Of a DNA stretch of 64,000 nt, positions 56,281 to 64,000 are shown in pieces (position 1 is the first letter of the stretch; each line of letters opens with the position of its first letter). The translations under genes and the position numbers were made by a program. Under the pieces are notes generated by a model. The model made no database searches and was not told the origin of the DNA. It worked only from the letters and a program-made list of their open reading frames with translations. Source of the stretch: Eledone cirrhosa (Eukaryota); NCBI GenBank assembly GCA_964016885.1, contig OZ024743.1, forward strand, positions 176,700,001 to 176,764,000, read 5' to 3'.

Positions 56281-59200
56281 AAAAAAACAAATAATGAAAT
56301 ATTACGTGTTATTAACGAAATAGGAGATGAATATTTACGACGGATAAAAACCCCAACATTTTGGCAAATCAACGCCTGTTTATATGCTTTAGCAATGAGA
56401 GTGAAGCATTATCTTGGTGATAGCAGAGATATTAACAAGAATAGAACACCACCAAAAATACCATCATATATAACTAAAATAGAAAAAAAGATTGCTGACC
56501 TACGAAAAACCATAGGATATGTGACAATGCTCCTTACATGCAAACAAACACAAAAAAACCTCACTCCTCACCAACAAAGAGTGAAAAATAAAATAGGGAC
56601 GATGTTTGGTAACAGTAGAACCAGAACTCTCCAATATAAGCTGATCACCCTCAAACAAGAATTGAGAGCTGTTAGCGAAAAACGCCGATACTTGAAGAAG
56701 GTAGATGAGAGAAAAGTGCTTAATAAAAGATTCAAACGAAACCAAGCACCAGTCTTAGAGATATGAAGAACAACATAATAAGTGTCACTGAGGCCCCATC
56801 CTAGAAAGACATAGATTCCTTTTGGAACAAAATATGGGGTGAAAAGAAGAATTTCAACCAAGATGCAGTGTGGCTAAGAGAAATCCGAAAGAACTATTGC
56901 TCCTACACTACAACAAAAACATACGAAATAAGTGAGGGTACCCTTGAGACTGTGATAGGAAAACTCCAAGATAAGAAAACACCAGGAAGAGACATGATTG
57001 TCGGCTACTGGTACAAAAAACAGATATTCTATCGGAGGTATCTTACTGACCTCTACCAACAAGTTCTTAAGGGAGATACACTTATACCAAAATGGTTGAC
57101 ATTAGCACAAACATTACTGGTCCCCAAGAACAAAGACACCCACTTGGCAAAAAACTACCGACCCATTGCATGCCAGAACCTGATGTATAAGATGTATACA
57201 GCCAGCCTGAACCTATTCCGCCAAGATCACTGTGAAAATAATAACATCATCACAGATGAACAAGCAGCTGGAAAGAAAAGGGTTTGGGGATGTGCTGAAC
57301 AACTCCTAATCAACAAAACTGCGATGTCGGAGGTGCGACAACTTAGGAGGAATATGGCTACAGTCTGGCTGGACTACAGGAAAGCTTTCGATTCTGTTCC
57401 CCACTCTTGGATGATAGAGGCCCTCCAACTTGCTAAAGTCCCAGACATTATTGTCAAAGCCATAGTGAGGCTGTCTTCTTCTTGGGCTACTATCCTAAGG
57501 TTAAAGACAGAGAAGGAGGACTCTATTTTCACTGATAAAATAAAATATTGCAGGGGTATATTTCAGTGGGACAGTCTCTCTGTGATATTATTCATCCTGT
57601 CATTAAACCCCTTGTCCTTTCTGCTCAAGAAATGTGAGGGATACATCATTGGCTCACAGGAGGACAGAAATACGAACCTAACCCATAATTTCTTTGTGGA
57701 CGATCTGAATCTCTATGCCAAGAACATGGATGGGATGAAGAAAAATCTTGACCTGGTTACAACGTTCGCAAAGGATATAGGAATGGAGTTTGGCCAAGAT
57801 AAATGCTCATACATGACTGTAAAGCCGGGAAAAACAACAATCCAATCGAGCAACATTGTCATCAATGGCCTAACTGTTTCACGGATATCTGATGAGGACT
57901 GCTACAGATACCCGGGGATAGATGAGAACATATCCTATAATGGTATCTGTAATAACGAACGCGTAACCAGGGAATACTTCACCCGATTAAGAAAGATCTG
58001 GTCATCGGAACTCTCTGCGCAAAACAAAACAGTGGCTCACAATGTGTTTGCTGTGCCTGTCCTAACACCAACGTTTGGAATACTCAATTGGACGATAGAC
58101 GAAATCCGAGCAGTTGATGTTAGAACTCGAAAAATACTAAACAACATCGGAAACTTCCACATCACAGTGACATAAGCCGCCTTTTCTTGAAACGTAAGCA
58201 GGGAGGCAGAGACCTAACATCAGTCCAGACAACATTTGAATGTCGCATCATATGTCTCCGACAACATCTGCGAATCTCGAAGCGTAGGAGCCCGTTTCTC
58301 GAGCAAGTCTATCTGCATGAAACAGATAAGATCATGAGAGTTGGGAAGGAACTCCTCGAGAGATAATCCCTGTTTGATAATCAAAACCTCACACCTAGGG
58401 AAGTCGCTCAGCAGTATCGCAGTGAATCCATGGAGGAAAAACTGCATGCTTATCAGCAAAAAATCATGCATGGATATGTTGCCAGGAAGCTCCAGAGTGA
58501 GAGTAATATAGATAAGGAAAGTAGTCTATATTGGACCAACAACCGCGAGATTGGCTCCCACTTTGAAGGATACGCTTTTGCAATCCAATAAGAGGAGATT
58601 AAGACGAAATACCTGATTCACAAAAGAGATAGGGATGCAGGCAAAACACCTAGATGTAATAACAAGTGCAGACTCTGCAGAAATAACATCGAGGATATCA
58701 CCCATGTCATCAGCAGCTGTCCAAAGATGTCATCGCGGTACTATCTACCTATGAGGCATGATGTAGTGACCAAACAATGCAGTTCGTAAAAATGATAGCC
58801 CCGATAATAAACACATTAAAAACTACAGCAATGTGGAAGACATCCATGTACATAATATGAAAGAGTACTGGTGGAATGTTCCAGTAAAAACCCCAATAAA
58901 ATGCAGGCATAACAGACCAGATATTATGATATGGGACAGGGAGAAGAAAGCATGCACAGTAGTGGAAATTAGCTGCCCAGCAGATGCCAATATAATATCA
59001 AAAGATTAGCGAAAAGGAGAATATTTATGCAGAACTGACGAGAAATCTGCAGATACTCCACCCTGATTACACCTTCAGATTTATGCCTGTGATTATTGGG
59101 GCACTGGGGTATGTTAGTAACTGTCTCAATACAAATCTTGAGAAACTAGGCTTCACAGGAACAGAAAGAACACAACTAGTTAGGAAATTACAAGTACAAT

Positions 59201-59464
59201 CCATTAATGGAACAGTAAAAATATGTAAAACATTCCAAAAATTTATCATCTAATAACTGCATATACACATGTACAGATACAAAGCATATACACATGCACA
59301 CATACAACTCAAAACATCCACATTCACACATACAATAACATCCATATCTATACAATCAGACATGCATACATAATCTACCTAGTTGATGTTGTGTAAATTC
59401 TAATGAGAGAGTCTTGTGTCTATGTTAGAAACCCGCTCTCTCTCTAATAGTAAAAATATTGCAA
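56281..59464 (+). mobile_element. R4/Dong-like non-LTR retrotransposon (RT + CCHC + restriction-like endonuclease), 5'-truncated and decayed
   Basis: Single long disrupted ORF plus 3' UTR ending in TGCAA, like the 41578 fragment. Confidence 0.88.
56395..59253 (+). pseudogene. RLE-LINE ORF
   Basis: NYRPIAC, LDYRKAFDSVPH, GIFQWDSLS, FFVDDL. Zinc knuckle CRLCRNNIEDITHVISSC (about 58667). RHD, HNRPDIMIWD..VEISCP (PD-(D/E)xK), PVIIGALG; stop at 59251-59253. Confidence 0.88.
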
Positions 59465-59941
59465 TCACTTGTCAGATTCAGATGTGTGACGCTCGGATAT
59501 GGCTTTTCAAGTCTGCCAGAGACTTGTACCCCTTCGCACATTGACGACAACTATGGATCTCCCTGGGTCCAGGTCTTGCATCAGCAGGAAATCATAGTTC
59601 ACTGGTTCTCTTTGAACATACATACATACATAACACTTAGTATACAGCACACAAAACTATGATCAGTATATGCATCTTTCGCTGTATATATATATATATA
59701 ATTCGCTGAAGTTTACATTCGTACGTTATATAACAGAATAGGATAACTTTAGGATGTTACTAGCCTCGGCTCCTTCATGGTTAATTATCTTGGCCAATAA
59801 CAGAACTTAAAGTCCATTAAGGATGATAATTCTGTTATTCCAGTGCCGTATTCACAAAATCATCCACGATTTTGTATACATGAAAGGGTTAAACCTATTA
59901 TATATATAGTTGAAAATGAACGAAGAGAGGCAATTGTACAC

Positions 59942-59995
<54 letters not shown>

Positions 59996-60459
59996 GTAAT
60001 CGGATATTAATGCATATGGTTCAATATATATATATATAAACATTAAAGACAGCTGTTGTTTCCGAACTTACAGTTAGTATAATATAAAAATAATATATAT
60101 CTATAAATTTTGAAGTCCTCCCATAAATATCGGTAGAATTGGCCAAGCAATAATATGTAATCTGTGAAGATCTCAGAGAAAGACAAAACTATTATTTCGT
60201 GATGGAAATAACCAAGCCATTATTGCTACAATACAAAATGAACACGGCATTCATAAAGTTCAGCGCCTGACACGATAAAGCTGTTGTCTACATACTAATG
60301 AAGAAGCCTACGTTTAAAAGTCAGCTCCATTATTGGCGAATTCTCAATACCATTCTAAAAAAGGAAAATAAATAGATAATCGTTATCACAAACACACACA
60401 CACACAAAAATGCACACACACATATATATATGTGTGTGTGTCTGTGTGTGTATGTGTCC

Positions 60460-60534
<75 letters not shown>

Positions 60535-60561
60535 TATATGTATATATACATATATATATAC

Positions 60562-60592
<31 letters not shown>

Positions 60593-60630
60593 CAAATGTA
60601 CACAAAGACATACACATATATATATATATA

Positions 60631-62300
60631 CTAGCAAAAGAATCCGTCGTTGCCCGGGTGTAAGTCGACCTTTGCTCTGTTGTTAAAATGTGTGAAAGTT
60701 ACTTCCCGCGCATCACAGGTGCTAAAACCTTCGAACCTCAAGGAAAAAAAACAGAGGTTAGTAGACGCAGGTGTGTAATTGAGCATAAATAATGGATCAA
60801 TTGTAGGTACACGGTGTATCATTGAAATTGTTCTTTGCACGACTGACGGAAGTGAAATTCACTTGAAATTGAATTTTCAGTTGATTTTTAAAGCAGGGTG
60901 AAAAAGTCGATTTTTTTCACAGTTTTTTTTTTTTTTACAATTTTAGCCCTCGCATTTGCAGAAGAAGAAATAAAAGGGACTTTATCTGAACTGCGGCATA
61001 ATGGCGAGTCTTTTGCGACAGTTTTCAAGAAAATTGGACGTTCCTGTAAAAAGTTTTCCCTTGTGCAACTTTGCCTTGATTTTAGCGCAAAGTAGAACTC
61101 CCGCTTCAGTTTTCTTGATTTTTTACATGAATGCGTGACCTCTGAAGTAGATTTGAGTAGCTAAAAACCTGTCCCGGTAAAGTTGCTATAGGTGGAAAAA
61201 AGTTGATCAAAATTGTGTCTAGGGTTATTGCCCTTTGCAACAGCCTCAACGTGTCTTCAAGTATGGTTTATTAATTTGTTGTGGAACTAAATCGACTTTC
61301 GTCAAATCGGACCGAGGAAACAATGTTTCCATTTGTCTTTCTAGCTGGTGTACCGGTTACACTCGGAGTTATAAGGCGCTGGATTTAAACGGGTCTGCGC
61401 TAAATTCCAGCAGGATGCTTTAACCGAAATAAATGAAGAACAAACGTTTCTTTTTGTGCTCTAATCTGTGATATTGGTATTTTGAAAAAATAGTCCACAA
61501 ACATCCATGGAGCATGTGTAACGCATGTATCAGGTTATGAGAAAAAGGGTTTTAGATTCTCCATTCATAAGATACCAAAAAATTGCACGCAAATAAACCG
61601 GGATTTTAAGGCACTGCCCAATTCATAGCTGAAAGGTAAGAATCAAGTGGAACAATGTTTTGCGACATTGTCAAATGTACAACCGTACAAAAGCAAAGGA
61701 TATAGCCATTGAAATCTAGGTAGACCAAAGAATTTGGTGGGATTGTATATCAGAGGATTGTTTTCCTTGTGATTCGTGTCTAGCCTTGTAGTCGGTGTTG
61801 TATCAATAAAAAATAAAAGCATACGGAAGACTAAACACTTACGTGAAAATCACGTTGATATTCCTATCAGAGCAACATGTGCCGAAAAACCTGACGGACT
61901 GTTGTGTCAATATTGAAATCATAGAAATTGCGAATCCCGACCTCTAAGACTTAATGGATAGGCCTTGGAGGTGAAGAGGAAGAATTGGTACAATTGTTTT
62001 GCTGAACATGTTGACCATTAATTAAATAGACTTACGCAGCATCATCGTGCGGTTTTGTTGTTTATAGCCTAGAATGAGGGCCGGTTAAACGCGGCAGAAA
62101 AATAACGCATGCTGATGATGTTTAGGCGCGTCGCAGGGAATAGATGCGGCGTTGTGAGTCAATTGTGAGGACAGTGGAAGGCACGCTGATCGCTTGAGAA
62201 GACGCGATGCTACACAGGATGCTTCTTGGCCATAATTGACAGAAAGGCATGTCAGGAGAAATGAAAGCGTTGCTATTCATCCTTTGCTTAACATGATGAA
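60631..62300 (-). mobile_element. Decayed Helitron (3' end clear, 5' end not located)
   Basis: Minus-strand 3' terminus CCCGGGCAACGACGGATTCTTTTGCTAG|T; weak RepHel-like relics further right (e.g. TCCSDRNI near 61860-61880). Confidence 0.5.
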
Positions 62301-63689
62301 CATGTAATTAAAAAGCTATACCATGGACTATCGTGCACGTTGGTATTGTATTTAACCTGCGAAAATCGGTGGTCAAATGGGGCAACAATAAGCCATGCTG
62401 ATGACGTTTAAGCAGGTAGCAAGGAATTGATGCAGCATAGATAGCCGAATGGGAGTCTTGAAGGAGCACAGTGATCAGGAAAAAGAAAGGGCGGAGGAGG
62501 GGATGACGATGCAGTGGGACGACCGCCAGTAGGCAAGGAAGAGGGCAGGGGTGAACTATATTTTTTTTAATATTGGGCATTTTTATGTTTCGCAAACAAT
62601 TCATTATTTTTTCACTTTTTTTCACTTTTTATTTTTCACTTTTTATTTTGTATCTAGTCCTTATCCTTAGGACTCATGAAGTTTTGACTTATATATTTAT
62701 AGTATATATCTATTAAATTATATATTTATAGTATATATGACTTATATATTTATAGTATATATCTACTAAATGATCCTTTTACAATAATTGATCTAAAACA
62801 TTAATTTTTAACAATATTTTCAGTAACTTATTTACTATATTGTATTATATTATGTATATTTGAAAGGTATCATCTTAAGTCTTTAGACAATATAATCTTT
62901 GTGTATTTTCTTTTGATAAACACATATATGTAATTTAAAATTCAGACCTTTTTAAGTTTAATTATAAGGCCTGTTGATCCTTTAGGCACTCAAATTGTTA
63001 ATCATAAATTCTTTAAAAAGTATAACTGTAATTATTTTCTAAATTATATTATATAAACTGTTGTCAATATTATAAATAATTTTGGTAAAGTTTACCTTCG
63101 TGAGGTTGTAAAAACATTATGTTTTCTTTCTCGTGTTTGTAAATCCTTTAAATTTGATTTCATAAAATTTGATTTTCGAAATTAAATTTGATAGAATACT
63201 TTAATATTAATACAGATACCTATTAACTTTTAAAACCTAAAATATTATTCATTACTCTGAACTAACTTAAATTAAATATTTTGAATATTAACGGTCAACC
63301 AGATATGTTTAGATATATATTGTATATATGGATAATTGTCTAAAGACTTGAACATAAGTTATTCATAAGTTATTCCTATTTATCTCTCTCTGTAATCAAC
63401 TCTCTTTTGCTTTTCTAGGCCCCTACTAACTATATTATCCCCTCATCTGTCTCGTCCTCTATGTTTTCTTTTATTTCCTCTTTCTTCAGTAATTTAAATT
63501 ATGTAACAGTTATATTGATGCCAAGTATATTTTAAGCTGTCTCACACGCACCCTCTCTTTTTATGTTTATATATTTTTCTCATGTTTCTCAATATTAAGG
63601 TGTATAAATATTGAGTTTTGTCATATATTACTCACTACCATGACTGAATCTTAACCATCTACTATGTCAGGGTATGTCATGCATCATCT

Positions 63690-63756
63690 TATTTTATCTG
63701 ATGAGGACGTACTGTTGAAGTTAAGTCAGTACCTCTGAAATATGTATAATAAAATA
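63690..63756 (+). ncRNA. Type I hammerhead ribozyme
   Basis: TATTTTAT-CTGATGA-GGA c GTACTG..CAGTAC c TCT-GAAA-TATGTA-TA-ATAAAATA: 8-bp helix I, AUA triplet; tail ends in (TA)n about 40 nt downstream. Confidence 0.85.
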
Positions 63757-64000
63757 TACTTGATCACAAGAATATCTATTTTGTTAATATTTTGAATTTA
63801 TATATATATATATATATATACATACATATCTATACATAATGAGTATAACCGAAGTTGCAGCTGCACTATACCAAATTTACATCTAATTATATGAGTGAGG
63901 AATTGATTTATTTCCTCCCAGAGCAAACACAAAATGTTAAAGAATTGTGACACGAAGAATAAAGAGATCAAACTCATATCGCTACAATACTACAACATCG

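Overview
AT-rich eukaryotic repeat DNA with no host gene I can support. The SINE family and the dense (TA)n/(CA)n tracts look like an octopus or other coleoid cephalopod genome; this is an inference from recognition, not a search. Bases 1-15 kb are a G-poor (CAT)-derived 56/41-bp satellite with kb-scale higher-order repeats and a co-duplicated SINE. The rest holds a head-to-head inverted pair of Penelope-like elements (PLE; RT plus C-terminal GIY-YIG), a near-full-length decayed Tx1/L1-clade LINE, R4/Dong-like RLE LINEs, RTE fragments, Helitron derivatives, a Tc1/mariner-type MITE, SINEs and minisatellites. The main hidden signal: by eye I find about 18 type I hammerhead ribozyme (HHR) motifs with intact cores, plus 2-3 degenerate ones, in the 48 kb outside the satellite. 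They fall into roughly a dozen sequence families. Most lie in short non-coding units that end in (TA)n, many form head-to-head fold-back palindromes, and the families carry different palindromic helix III sequences. One unit (49553-50361) is a 434-nt non-coding, partially tandem, HHR-bearing repeat resembling a non-LTR retrozyme or mini-PLE. All structures were folded by hand and not computed.
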